This document shows positions 41,533 to 50,623 of a DNA stretch of 64,000 bases, in pieces. This DNA comes from an uncultured delta proteobacterium (GTDB taxonomy: Bacteria > Myxococcota > UBA727 > VGSZ01): NCBI GenBank assembly GCA_963775425.1, contig CAVZJB010000009.1, positions 160,001 to 224,000 of the forward strand. Reading direction: 5' to 3'. The stretch's first letter is position 1; every line of letters starts with the position of its first letter. The notes below the pieces were generated by a model. The model made no database searches. It was not told where the DNA came from and saw only the letters and a program-made list of their open reading frames with translations. The position numbers were made by a program, and so were the translations under genes.

Positions 41533-42744
41533 TCAGCCCTGCGGCGGGATCTCGGCGCCCCCGCCGCTCCCGTCGCCGGCCGGGGGGTCGGCGCCGGTGG
41601 CGGGGGTGCAGGCGCCGGGGTCGCCGGCGACGAGCCCGCCCGCGAAGCCGATGTCGATGACGCCGGCGGCGGCGAGGTCGCGCGCGACGACGGCGCCGGC
41701 GACGCGCAGGTCGCCCGCCGACGCGAGCGTGCCGTGGGGGAGGTAGAGGGCGCCGGAGACGACCTCGTCGCCCGCGAGCGCGACGCCGCGGCTGCCGTCG
41801 ACGTAGAGCCGCACGGCGTCCGGCGTCGCGCCGTCGCCGAGGTGGAGCACGCCGGCGGCGGCGAGGTCTCCGCCGATGAAGAGGTCGAGCGTGGCGCCGT
41901 CGTCGAGGTCGACGTCGACGTCGCCTGCGGAGGCCACGTCGCCGGCGACGAAGAGCTCCACGGCGCCGCTCGCGTGGATCTCGATGACGCCCGCGTGCGC
42001 GATGTCCTCGACGAAGTAGCGGCCGGCCGGCAGGTCGAGCGCCACCGCGCCCGCGCTCTCGAAGCCGGCGGGGTCGATGCCGGCGGCCGCGTCGTCGTTT
42101 TCGCTGCGCGCCTGCGCGATGAAGCCCTGCACGTCGACGTGCGTGGACGCGTCGCCGCCGCAGTCGCACGGGGGCGGGACGTCGACGTCGCCGCGCACGA
42201 CGCCGCCGGCCTGGATGCCGAGGACCCGCGCGCCCTCGGGCACGGTGAGCGTCCCGTCGATGCCGACGACGCCCGCGCCCACGGCGTCGCCGCCGATGCG
42301 CGCGTCGCCGCCGACGTCGACGACGCCGGCCTGGGCGAAGCCGGCGCCGACGTCGAGGTCCCCCTCGATGTCGTCGTCGCCGGCGCCGCTCATCCGCGCG
42401 CCGACGACGAGATCGCCCTCGATGACGGAGACCCCGGCGCGGCTCCAGTCGCCGTTGGCGGCTGCCGACGCCGGCGTCTGCGCGTCGAGGCCGTGCACGC
42501 TCAGGTCGCCGGCGAAGGCGGCGTCGCCGCACAGGCACAGGCCGAAGCCGAACGCGTCGGCGGCGAGGCCGTCGCTGCACACGGGAGCGCCGTTCGAGAG
42601 CGCGCCGACGAAGCGGTTGCCGTTCGGGGCCGCGGTGGCGCGGCCGGGGGCGCCACCGCCGGGGGGGCGCGCGCCGGGGGCGAGGTCGGCGCCGGCACAG
42701 CCGGCGAGCGGGGCGAGGACGAGGGCGACGAGGAGCAAGCGCAT
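41533..42744 (-). CDS. Lipoprotein with beta-helix/adhesin-like repeats
   Basis: Lipobox LAGC; GDLxVG repeats; PPCDC; LPAGRYF; GALYLP. Confidence 0.75.
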   Translation of the reverse strand: MRLLLVALVLAPLAGCAGADLAPGARPPGGGAPGRATAAPNGNRFVGALSNGAPVCSDGLAADAFGFGLCLCGDAAFAGDLSVHGLDAQTPASAAANGDWSRAGVSVIEGDLVVGARMSGAGDDDIEGDLDVGAGFAQAGVVDVGGDARIGGDAVGAGVVGIDGTLTVPEGARVLGIQAGGVVRGDVDVPPPCDCGGDASTHVDVQGFIAQARSENDDAAAGIDPAGFESAGAVALDLPAGRYFVEDIAHAGVIEIHASGAVELFVAGDVASAGDVDVDLDDGATLDLFIGGDLAAAGVLHLGDGATPDAVRLYVDGSRGVALAGDEVVSGALYLPHGTLASAGDLRVAGAVVARDLAAAGVIDIGFAGGLVAGDPGACTPATGADPPAGDGSGGGAEIPPQG

Positions 42745-42766
42745 GGAGCCTCCGTGCGCCTGGCGT

Positions 42767-42783
42767 CGCAAGGGCGGTGCCAC
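42767..42783 (-). promoter_or_regulatory. Sigma54 promoter
   Basis: GTGGCACCGCCCTTGCG: full TGGCAC-N5-TTGC consensus. Confidence 0.8.
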
Positions 42784-42823
42784 GTGCCCGGCGGCGCGCG
42801 GACGCCACGGGTGGAGCCGCGAT

Positions 42824-42862
42824 TGTCCTGTATTGGTGGACACTTGTGACCAGGATGGGACA
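42824..42862. promoter_or_regulatory. Tandem palindromic upstream activator sites
   Basis: TGTCCTGTATTGGTGGACA and TGTGACCAGGATGGGACA; similar sites at 45784-45849. Confidence 0.6.
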
Positions 42863-42932
42863 GATGGGTCGGAAGGCGGGTGGGGCCGATGACGGGCGGC
42901 ACGCGGCGCCGCGGATCGAGGAAGATGTGGCG

Positions 42933-44624
42933 ATGGCGGAGCGGCAGGTCGGGCGATACCGGCTCCTCGAGCGCGTCGGCGCGGGCGGGATGGGGGAGGT
43001 GTATCTCGCCGAGCTCGTCGGCGTCGCGGGCTTTCGCCGCCGCTGCGCCGTGAAGCTCGTCCTGCCCCACCGCGTCGCTCGCGACGACGTCGTGGCGATG
43101 TTCGAGCGCGAAGCCGTGCTGGCCGCGCGCATCGCGCACGAAAACGTCGTGCAGGTGTTCGACTTCGGCCGCGACGGCGACGCCCTCTATCTGGTCATGG
43201 AGTACGTCGACGGGCTCACCCTGCGCGCCCTCGCCGAGCGGCGCTGGAAGAAGCAGCCGCTGTCGGTCCCCGAGGTCTGCTCGTTCATCGCCGACGCAGC
43301 GCGCGGCCTCCAGGCCATCCACGCGCTCAAGGAGCGGGTGGTCCATCGAGACGTCACGCCCGACAACATCCTGGTCACGCGCGAGGGCGTCGCCAAGATC
43401 GGCGACTTCGGGATCGCGATGGCCGCGGACATGGCGCGGTTGACGACGACGGGAGAGCTCAAGGGCAAGATCCCCTACATGGCGCCGGAGCAGCTCGACG
43501 GCGGCGACATCACGAGCGCCGCCGACGTCTTCTCCCTCGGCGTGACGCTCCACACCCTGCTGAGCGGCAAGCGTCCCTTCGACCGTGGCACCGAGCTCGG
43601 CACCATGAACGCGATCGTCAACGAGGCGCCGCCGCGGTTGCGCGACCTGCGCGGCGACGTCCCTGCGGCGGTGGAGGACCTGTCGCGCCGCATGCTGGCC
43701 AAGGTGAGCTTCGAGCGCCCGACGGCCGCCGAGGTCGCCGACGTCCTCGCCTTCGCGGGGGATCGGCCGAAGGACCTCGTGACGCTCGTCCTCGGTCCGC
43801 CGACGCGCGCGCTGGCGCCGCCGCTCGAGACGCAGGTGGTGGAGGTGCTCCACAGCACCACCGCGGAGAACGAGCCGGCGACCGAGCTGGTCACGGCGGA
43901 GACGAGCGCGGGCTTCAACCGCCGCCGCCGCCGCCGCGCGCCCCCGGCCGCCGTCGTCGCCGCGGCCTCGCTCGTCCTCGTGCTCGTGGCGGCGGCGGGC
44001 GCCTGGGTGTGGGCCGCGCGCGGGGGGCCGGAGCCCCCCGTGGCGCTGGGGGCCGTCGCGCAGGGCGCCGTCGGGGAGGGCGCCGTCGGGGAGGGTGCCG
44101 TCGGGGAGGGTGCTGGGGCCGCACGCGACGCCGGCGTCCTCGTCGTCGTCGAAGATGCCGCCGCGGCGACGGTCGCCGACGCGCCGGACGAGCCCGAGGC
44201 GCGGCCGGGGCGACGCCACGTCGTGGTGCCGGAGGTGTCGCTCGTGGGACCGCCGTCGGTGTCGTGGTCGACGCTCGACGGAAAAAAGCTCGGCGTCGGC
44301 GAGCTCCACGTGCGCCTGCGTTCCCACGCGGTGGCCGCGTTCGACGGCGCGACCGGCGCGCGCTGCATGGTGCCGATCGCCTCCGGCGTCGCGCGCTTCG
44401 ACGCGCTGCCCACCGGCGCCGTCGACGTGCGCGCCAACCCCTACGCGGCGGTCTCCGTGGGCGGGCGCGCGCTCGGCACCACGCCCATCAGCCCGCCGCC
44501 CGAGCTCAAGGCGTGCAGCTACCGCATGCGCTTCGTCTACGAAAAAAAGACGCGCACCGAGACGGTGCGCGTCGTCGCAGGCAAGACCACGCCGGTGCGC
44601 GTGGACATGGACGGGTCGCGTTAG
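42933..44624 (+). CDS. Membrane Ser/Thr protein kinase with C-terminal PEGA-like domain
   Basis: GAGGMGEV, AVK, HRDVTPDN, DFG, YMAPEQ; TM helix; VRANPYAAVSVGGRALGTTP. Confidence 0.93.
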   Translation: MAERQVGRYRLLERVGAGGMGEVYLAELVGVAGFRRRCAVKLVLPHRVARDDVVAMFEREAVLAARIAHENVVQVFDFGRDGDALYLVMEYVDGLTLRALAERRWKKQPLSVPEVCSFIADAARGLQAIHALKERVVHRDVTPDNILVTREGVAKIGDFGIAMAADMARLTTTGELKGKIPYMAPEQLDGGDITSAADVFSLGVTLHTLLSGKRPFDRGTELGTMNAIVNEAPPRLRDLRGDVPAAVEDLSRRMLAKVSFERPTAAEVADVLAFAGDRPKDLVTLVLGPPTRALAPPLETQVVEVLHSTTAENEPATELVTAETSAGFNRRRRRRAPPAAVVAAASLVLVLVAAAGAWVWAARGGPEPPVALGAVAQGAVGEGAVGEGAVGEGAGAARDAGVLVVVEDAAAATVADAPDEPEARPGRRHVVVPEVSLVGPPSVSWSTLDGKKLGVGELHVRLRSHAVAAFDGATGARCMVPIASGVARFDALPTGAVDVRANPYAAVSVGGRALGTTPISPPPELKACSYRMRFVYEKKTRTETVRVVAGKTTPVRVDMDGSR

Positions 44625-44642
44625 AGAGCCGTAACGAGCTCG

Positions 44643-45707
44643 CTAGGCGCCGAGGCCGCACGCCGCTTCGGCGGTCGCGAGCGCGGCGTCGACAGCGTCG
44701 TTGTAGCTGTGGGTGGCGGCGTCGCAGGTGCCCGGATCTGCGAGGCACGCGTCCTGAAGCTGCGCGCTCAGGTCGGCGATGGTCGCCTGCGCGTCGGCGT
44801 ATGCCTGCGTGCACGCGTCGGCGGAGTCGCCCGCGCCGGCGAAGGGGTTGTCGCAGCCGTCGCCTGCGCCGTCGGCCGGATCGGCCGGATCGCCGGCGGG
44901 ATCACCGGCATCGTCGTCACCCGTGCCGGCGTCGGCGGGGTCGCCTGCGCCGTCGGCGGGCTCGCCTGCGTCGTCGGCGGGGTCGCCTGCGTCGTCGGCG
45001 GGGGCGCCTGCGTCGTCGGCGGGGTCGCCTGCGGCGCCGGCGAGGGCGTCGTCGCAGGCGGCCTGCGCGGCCGCGTAGACGGCGTCGAGGCTGGCGCTGA
45101 AGGTGTCGGGGTCGCAGGTGTCGGGGCCGGCGGCGCAGCCGTCTTCGAAGCTCGCGCGCAGCGCGTCCGCCTGGGCGTCGGCGTCGTCGAACGCGGCCTG
45201 GCAGGCGGCGAAGGCGGCGTCGTAGGCGTCGGCGCTGTCCTGAAGGCGGGCGAGCTGATCGGCGAGGTCGCCGATGGCGTGGGCGACCTCCTCGCACGCG
45301 CCGGCCTGGGCGTCGGCGGCCGCGGCGAGGGCGTCGGCGTCGGCGGCGCTGCACCCGTCGAGGATCGGCTGCAGGTCGGCGTCGCCCGCGTCGACCGCGC
45401 TCTGCAGCGCGTCGACGTCGCAGGTGCACGCGCCCTCGCTCGCGGCCTGCTCGAGGGCGGCCCGCGCCTGATCGAGCGCCGCGCCGGCGGCGCCGAGCGC
45501 GTCGTCGGCGGCGCCGGCGCCGTCGGCGAGCGCGGAAGCGGCGTCGTCGAGCGCCCCCGCGCAATCGCTCGCGTCGTCGCCGGCGTTGTCGAGTGCCTGC
45601 TGTCCCCCGGCGGCGCGGCTCCCGGGAGCGGCGCGATCGACGATGGTGTTCGAGCAGGCGGTCGCGGCCAGGAGCACCGTGGAAATCAGGATGGGCAAAG
45701 ACCTCAT
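44643..45707 (-). CDS. Ala/Asp-rich acidic lipoprotein
   Basis: RBS GGAGGTG; lipobox ATAC; DDAGDPA repeats. Confidence 0.72.
   Translation of the reverse strand: MRSLPILISTVLLAATACSNTIVDRAAPGSRAAGGQQALDNAGDDASDCAGALDDAASALADGAGAADDALGAAGAALDQARAALEQAASEGACTCDVDALQSAVDAGDADLQPILDGCSAADADALAAAADAQAGACEEVAHAIGDLADQLARLQDSADAYDAAFAACQAAFDDADAQADALRASFEDGCAAGPDTCDPDTFSASLDAVYAAAQAACDDALAGAAGDPADDAGAPADDAGDPADDAGEPADGAGDPADAGTGDDDAGDPAGDPADPADGAGDGCDNPFAGAGDSADACTQAYADAQATIADLSAQLQDACLADPGTCDAATHSYNDAVDAALATAEAACGLGA
44931..45033. repeat. 21-bp coding tandem repeat (~5 units, DDAGDPA)
   Basis: GTCGGCGGGGTCGCCTGCGTC units. Confidence 0.8.
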
Positions 45708-45729
45708 GAGCACCTCCGGCGTGGGACCT

Positions 45730-45746
45730 TTCAAGACCGATGCCGG
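45730..45746 (-). promoter_or_regulatory. Candidate sigma54 promoter
   Basis: CCGGCATCGGTCTTGAA (GG-N10-GA variant). Confidence 0.55.
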
Positions 45747-45783
45747 CGCCCTTCCCCCGCGGCGCGCCGCGGCCGCGCCGGTG

Positions 45784-45849
45784 TGCTCACTATTGGTAGA
45801 CAGGTATGTACACTTATGATGGACATGCGACTGTCCTCGCGGAAGGACA
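45784..45849. promoter_or_regulatory. Three palindromic upstream activator sites
   Basis: TGCTCACTATTGGTAGACA, TGTACACTTATGATGGACA, TGTCCTCGCGGAAGGACA. Confidence 0.6.
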
Positions 45850-45907
45850 TGCGCTCGTGGCTGGCCCGCCAGGTGGAGCGGCCGGTGCGCGGATCCCGAG
45901 CGCCCGA

Positions 45908-46663
45908 TCAGTTCCCAAACACCAGGATCGGGCCGAGGCGCCCGACCTCGGACTCGCGCAGCAGATAGGAGCCGTCGCTCCGCCGGCAGCCGATGTACCT
46001 GTGCGCGCCGGCGAGCTCACCGCCGCCGATGGCGTTCAGCGTGTCGTTCGTGGCGCCGTCGACGACGACGCCGGTGCAGACGCAGGCGTCGCCCTCGCTG
46101 CCGCAGGTCCCGCTGCCCCCTGAGTCGAGGCAGATGCCGCCGGGCACGCATTGATCGGGCACGGTCACGTCGTATGTGACCTCGCCGGTGAGCGAGAGGG
46201 ACGCGCCGCCGCCCGCGGAGTCGAGCGTCCCGGCGAGCGTCGAGGACGCGATCGTCGCCGTGTCCGGCGGCCCCACGCACGTCCCTCCGCCGGCGCCGAG
46301 CTCCTCGACGAGGTCGACGGGGAAGGTGTCTCCGTCGTCGCAGACGCGCGCGAGCGCCGCGTGCAGCGGGAGGTCGCCGCTGCAGCTTGTGGTGAACGAG
46401 TCGGGGCAGCCGGCGACGCCCGCGTCTTGCGGGTCGCCGTTGCCCGCGTCCTGCGCCGCGCCGGCGTCGCGCGCGCCCCCGTCCGCGGGGCCGTCGTCGG
46501 CGGGGCCGGCGTCGGGCCCGGGGCGCACGCAGACGTCGTCGACGCAGACGAAGCCGTCGAGGCACGGGCACGGCCTGCCCTCGAGGTCGACGCTCAGGCA
46601 CGCCGCCCACACCGAGAGGCCGGCGAGCGCGGCGAGGGGCAGGGCGACGGTCGAGGCGCGCAC
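45908..46663 (-). CDS. Cys-rich lipoprotein
   Basis: WAAC lipobox-like motif, then GRPCPCLDGFVCVDDVCV and DAG linker; start uncertain. Confidence 0.65.
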   Translation of the reverse strand: MRASTVALPLAALAGLSVWAACLSVDLEGRPCPCLDGFVCVDDVCVRPGPDAGPADDGPADGGARDAGAAQDAGNGDPQDAGVAGCPDSFTTSCSGDLPLHAALARVCDDGDTFPVDLVEELGAGGGTCVGPPDTATIASSTLAGTLDSAGGGASLSLTGEVTYDVTVPDQCVPGGICLDSGGSGTCGSEGDACVCTGVVVDGATNDTLNAIGGGELAGAHRYIGCRRSDGSYLLRESEVGRLGPILVFGN

Positions 46664-46776
46664 GAGACCTGCGCCGCATTCAAGTCGCGCGCCATCGGCG
46701 CCGCAGGCCCGCCGTGCGCCGGGTTCGTTGTGAGCTTCGACGCCTCTCGCGCGCATGGAGGGTCTAGAGTGCCGGA

Positions 46777-47535
46777 ATGCCGTGGCTGTTGTCACTGCTG
46801 CTCGCCGCGTCGCTCGCCGAGGACCCGCGCTTCGCCGACGCCGCGGAGCGCATGCGCAAGCTCGACTACGAAGGCGCCGTCACCGCGTTCGACGCCTTGC
46901 TCGAGGAGGCCCGTCCCGACGGCGAGCGCGTGACGCTGTTGCTCTACTCCGGCGCCGCCCGCGCCCTCCTCGGCGACGACGGCGCCGCGCGCCTCGCGTT
47001 CGAGAGCGCCCTGCGGATCGATCCGGACACGTCGTTCGACCTCAACACCTCGCCCAAGGTCGTCGCCCTCTTCGACGACGTGAAGCACACCGTCTCCGCG
47101 CGCGCGGGCCCACCGCCCCCCGCCGACGGACGCGCGGGCCCCGCGCTCGTGCCGTCGAGCGCGGCCGCTCCCCCCAGCCCCCGAAGCTCGACCGCCGCCG
47201 CGCCGCGCGCGCACGCGCCGGCCGCCGAGGAGCAAGCCAGTCCCGACCTCGCCGCCGTCGCCGGCATCGGCGCCGCCGTCGTCGGCGCCGCCGCGGGGAT
47301 GGCGAGCGTGGCCTTCGGCCTCGACGTCGCCGGCAAGATGCAGACCGCGAGCGACAAGGGCACCTCGCAGCAGGACGCCCAGGCCCTCGTCGACGACGCC
47401 AACGCATCGCTCCTGTGGGCGTCCGTGCTCGGCGGCGCCTGCGTCGCCGGCGCCGGCACGGCGGTCGCAATGTTCGTCTTCGGCGACGCGCCGGAGCCTG
47501 CGGCGGCCGCGGCCGCGAAACCGACGGGGGAGTGA
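46777..47535 (+). CDS. Exported TPR-like protein with C-terminal hydrophobic segments
   Basis: Signal peptide; LDYEGA..FESALRIDP..TSPKVVALF. Confidence 0.75.
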   Translation: MPWLLSLLLAASLAEDPRFADAAERMRKLDYEGAVTAFDALLEEARPDGERVTLLLYSGAARALLGDDGAARLAFESALRIDPDTSFDLNTSPKVVALFDDVKHTVSARAGPPPPADGRAGPALVPSSAAAPPSPRSSTAAAPRAHAPAAEEQASPDLAAVAGIGAAVVGAAAGMASVAFGLDVAGKMQTASDKGTSQQDAQALVDDANASLLWASVLGGACVAGAGTAVAMFVFGDAPEPAAAAAAKPTGE

Positions 47536-47593
47536 GATCGCGCGCGCCGCCCACACCCTGATCACCGACCTCGCCACGGGCGAGACGCTCGCG

Positions 47594-48973
47594 ATGACGC
47601 TGTGGCTGCGCGTCATCGCCGGGCCCGACCGCGGCAAGCGCATCCCGCTGCGCGCCGGCGCCATCGTCCTCGGCGCCGGCGACGTCGACGTCCCCCTCAG
47701 GGACCCGCGCGTGTCCCGCAGCCACGCGAGCTTCGAGCTCGTCGCCGACGGCGTGCGCGTGCGCGATCTGCGCTCGAAGAACGGTACGCGGGTGAACGGC
47801 GCCCCCACCGCCGAGGCCGTGGTCCGGCCGGGCGCCGTCGTCGAGATCGGCGACACCGCGCTCGTCGTCGACGGCGACGGCGACGTCGTCGACGTCCCCC
47901 GCACTTCGGGCGCGCGCGGTGCCGGCGCGCCGGCGTTCGGCGCGTCGATGCGGCGCATCGTCGCCGTGCTCGATCGCGCGGCCAGGAGCGACGTGACGGT
48001 GCTCCTGCAAGGAGAGAGCGGCACCGGCAAGGACGTCATGGCGCGCGCGCTTCACGGCAAGAGCTCGCGCGCCAAGGCGCCGTTCGTCGTCGTCGATTGC
48101 GGCGCCATCGCGCCTGGCCTCGTGGCGAGTGAGCTGTTCGGGCACAAGCGGGGCGCCTTCACGTCGGCGCACGAAGACCGCGTCGGCGCGTTCGAGGCCG
48201 CGCGCGGCGGGACGCTCTTCCTCGACGAGATCGGCGAGCTGCCGCTCGAGCTCCAGCCCGCGCTCTTGCGCGTGCTCGAGATGCGGCAGGTGACACGCGT
48301 CGGCGAGAGCCACGCGCGCCACGTCGACGTGCGCGTGGTGGCGGCCACCAACCGCAAGCTGAAGAGCGAGGTGGACGGGGGCCGCTTCCGCGCCGACTTG
48401 TTCTTCCGGTTGGCGGTGGTGAGCGTGGCGTTGCCGCCGTTGCGCGAGCGCAAGGACGAGATCCTCGCGTTCGCCGGTGAGTTCCTGCGTGAGCAGGGCC
48501 GCAGCCTCGACGACGTCGCCGCCGCGGACCGCCGCCGGCTCCTCGAATATCCGTGGCCCGGCAACGTGCGCGAGCTGAAGAACGTGGTGCTGCGCGCTTG
48601 TGCGCTCACGGGCCTCGACGAACCCGTGCGGCTCACCTTCGACGACGACGCCGTCCGCGGCCGCGCGAGCGTCGCCGCCCCGGGCGCCGCCGGCGAAAGC
48701 GCCCGTGTCGAGCGCGGCGCCGCCGCCGTCGACGCGCGCCTCGCGCCGCTCGCAGACGGCGCTTTGCTCGAGCGCACGCTCCCCGAGGCGCGCCGCGCGA
48801 TGCTCGACGACCTCGACGCGCGCTACCTCGCGGCGGTGCTCGAGGCGTGCGGCGGCAACGTCAGCGCCGCCGCGCGCAAGGCCGGCGTGGCCCGCAGCTA
48901 CTTCCACCGCCTGTTGCAGCGGCACCGCCCGTCCGGCGGGCGCGGGGCGGGCCGCCGCGGGCCGGCGAGGTGA
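47594..48973 (+). CDS. FHA-domain sigma54 enhancer-binding protein
   Basis: VSRSH..DLRSKNGT FHA; GESGTGKD, GAFTSA, FLDEIG, FRADLFFRL, WPGNVREL; Fis-type HTH. Confidence 0.95.
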   Translation: MTLWLRVIAGPDRGKRIPLRAGAIVLGAGDVDVPLRDPRVSRSHASFELVADGVRVRDLRSKNGTRVNGAPTAEAVVRPGAVVEIGDTALVVDGDGDVVDVPRTSGARGAGAPAFGASMRRIVAVLDRAARSDVTVLLQGESGTGKDVMARALHGKSSRAKAPFVVVDCGAIAPGLVASELFGHKRGAFTSAHEDRVGAFEAARGGTLFLDEIGELPLELQPALLRVLEMRQVTRVGESHARHVDVRVVAATNRKLKSEVDGGRFRADLFFRLAVVSVALPPLRERKDEILAFAGEFLREQGRSLDDVAAADRRRLLEYPWPGNVRELKNVVLRACALTGLDEPVRLTFDDDAVRGRASVAAPGAAGESARVERGAAAVDARLAPLADGALLERTLPEARRAMLDDLDARYLAAVLEACGGNVSAAARKAGVARSYFHRLLQRHRPSGGRGAGRRGPAR

Positions 48974-49872
48974 CGCGCGGCGGCCACGCCGTCGACGTCG
49001 ATGCGCTCGTGCTCGTGCGCGGGCTCGGGCGCGGGACGCTGTGCGAGGTGCTCCTCGTCGAGGACGCCGCCGGGCGGCGCTACGCCATGAAGCGCGCGCT
49101 CGCCGAGCACCGCGCGAACGCCGGCGTGCTCCGCCTGCTGCGCGACGAGGCGCGCGTGGCGGGGCAGCTCGCGCACTCGGCCATCCCGCGTTTGTGCGCG
49201 GTGGCGGAGAGCGACGTCGACGGCGTCGTGATGGTCTTCGAGCTGCTCGACGGCGCCACGCTCGACGAGGTGCTGCCGAAGAAGGCGACGTTGTCGTCGA
49301 ACGCGGCGCTGTTCGTCGTGGACACGCTGCTCGACGCGCTCGGCTACGTCCACGGCCTCGCGGTCGTGCACAGAGACGTCGGCCCGCACAACGTCGTCGT
49401 CACGCGCAGCGGTGACGTCGCTCTCATCGACTTCGGCATCGCCGTCGACGACGACCGCGAGCGCTGGACCGCGGCGGGCGCGCTCCGCGGGACGCTCGGG
49501 TACCTCGCGCCCGAGGCCGTGCGCGGCGAGCCCGTCGACGCGCGCGCCGATCTCTTCGCCGCCGGCGCCCTGCTCTATCGCCTCGCCGCCGGCCAGGGCG
49601 CGTTTCGCGGCAAGGGGCCGCGCCGGGTGCTCGACGCCGTCGCCCGCGGCGCGTTCGCCCCCGCCGCCGAGCTCGACGCCGCGCTCGCCCCCCTCGACGC
49701 GGTGTTTTCGCGCGCGCTCACGGCAGATCCGGAGCGACGCTTCGCCGACGCCCGTGAGATGCGCCGCGCCCTCCCGCGCTTCGATCCGGCGTCCGCCCGG
49801 CGCGAGCTCGCGGAGAAGGTCGCGCCGCTGCTGGCGCCGCCGTCGTCCCTGCGCGGCCCCACGCTCAGCTGA
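48970..49872 (+). CDS. Cytoplasmic Ser/Thr protein kinase
   Basis: GTGA overlap; AMK, HRDVGPHN, DFG, YLAPE. Confidence 0.9.
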   Translation: MTRGGHAVDVDALVLVRGLGRGTLCEVLLVEDAAGRRYAMKRALAEHRANAGVLRLLRDEARVAGQLAHSAIPRLCAVAESDVDGVVMVFELLDGATLDEVLPKKATLSSNAALFVVDTLLDALGYVHGLAVVHRDVGPHNVVVTRSGDVALIDFGIAVDDDRERWTAAGALRGTLGYLAPEAVRGEPVDARADLFAAGALLYRLAAGQGAFRGKGPRRVLDAVARGAFAPAAELDAALAPLDAVFSRALTADPERRFADAREMRRALPRFDPASARRELAEKVAPLLAPPSSLRGPTLS

Positions 49873-49916
49873 AGGCGTCGCGAGCTTAGCGGCGTTCGCT
49901 GACGATGACGTCGTGC

Positions 49917-50189
49917 CCCGCCGCGAATGTCTACGCCGCGCGCCTTCGACGCCTTTGTCGCATCGGGGCGACGGCCGGCACCGTCGTCGCCGCACGCGTC
50001 GACACGGCACGTCCGCGCCCTCTCCGTGGGGAACGCGGCTCAACGCGGGCCCGGGCGCGAACGCGCCGCATCGACGGCGCGGCTCCTCCCGGCGCCGCCC
50101 GCCGCCCCACACGTCGACACGACACGCACGGCATCGAGACGTAGGGCGCCCCCTCGTGCGGCGCGTCGGCGACACCGGCAACGTCCGCG
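49917..50189. repeat. Intergenic mosaic repeat including a GTAG REP at 50141
   Basis: Shares blocks with 157-287 in both orientations. Confidence 0.7.
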
Positions 50190-50584
50190 TGCCCGTGCCA
50201 GCACGCGTAGCCGACGGCGTTGTCGAGCGGGGTGCCGATCGAGCCGGGGAGGGCTTCGATGTCGGCGCCGCCGTCGATAAGCGCCGCGGCGACGTCGACG
50301 TCGTCGCTGCTGGCCGCCCAGGGCAGCGGCGTCTCGTCGCGGGGGCCGCGGCTCATCGGATCGGCCCCGGCGGCCAGGAGGAGCCGCGCGATCTCGGGCC
50401 CGTTCGGGAAGTAGCCCGGCCAATCGGCGACGACGTGCAGCGGGGTGCGGCGCCCGAACGGGCCCTCGAGGGGCCCGGCGACGATCTCCGGCGCGTCGGC
50501 GACGATGCGCCGGACGGCAGCGACGTCACCGGAGCGGATGGCGGCGACCAACGCGGCCGCGCTGTCAGGGCTCGGAGCGACCAC
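50190..50584 (-). pseudogene. Ankyrin-repeat gene, apparently 3'-truncated
   Basis: TPLHVVADWPGYFPNG, TPLPWAAS, TPLDNA; frame runs into repeat DNA after ACWH. Confidence 0.55.
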
Positions 50585-50623
50585 GGCGCTTCCTGTGGGT
50601 TGGCCTCCGCGCGCCGGACCGGC

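Noticed and set aside
41246-41746. 166-aa ORF as an intact gene
   Set aside because: Chimera of a transposase relic, repeat DNA and the antisense of a lipoprotein gene
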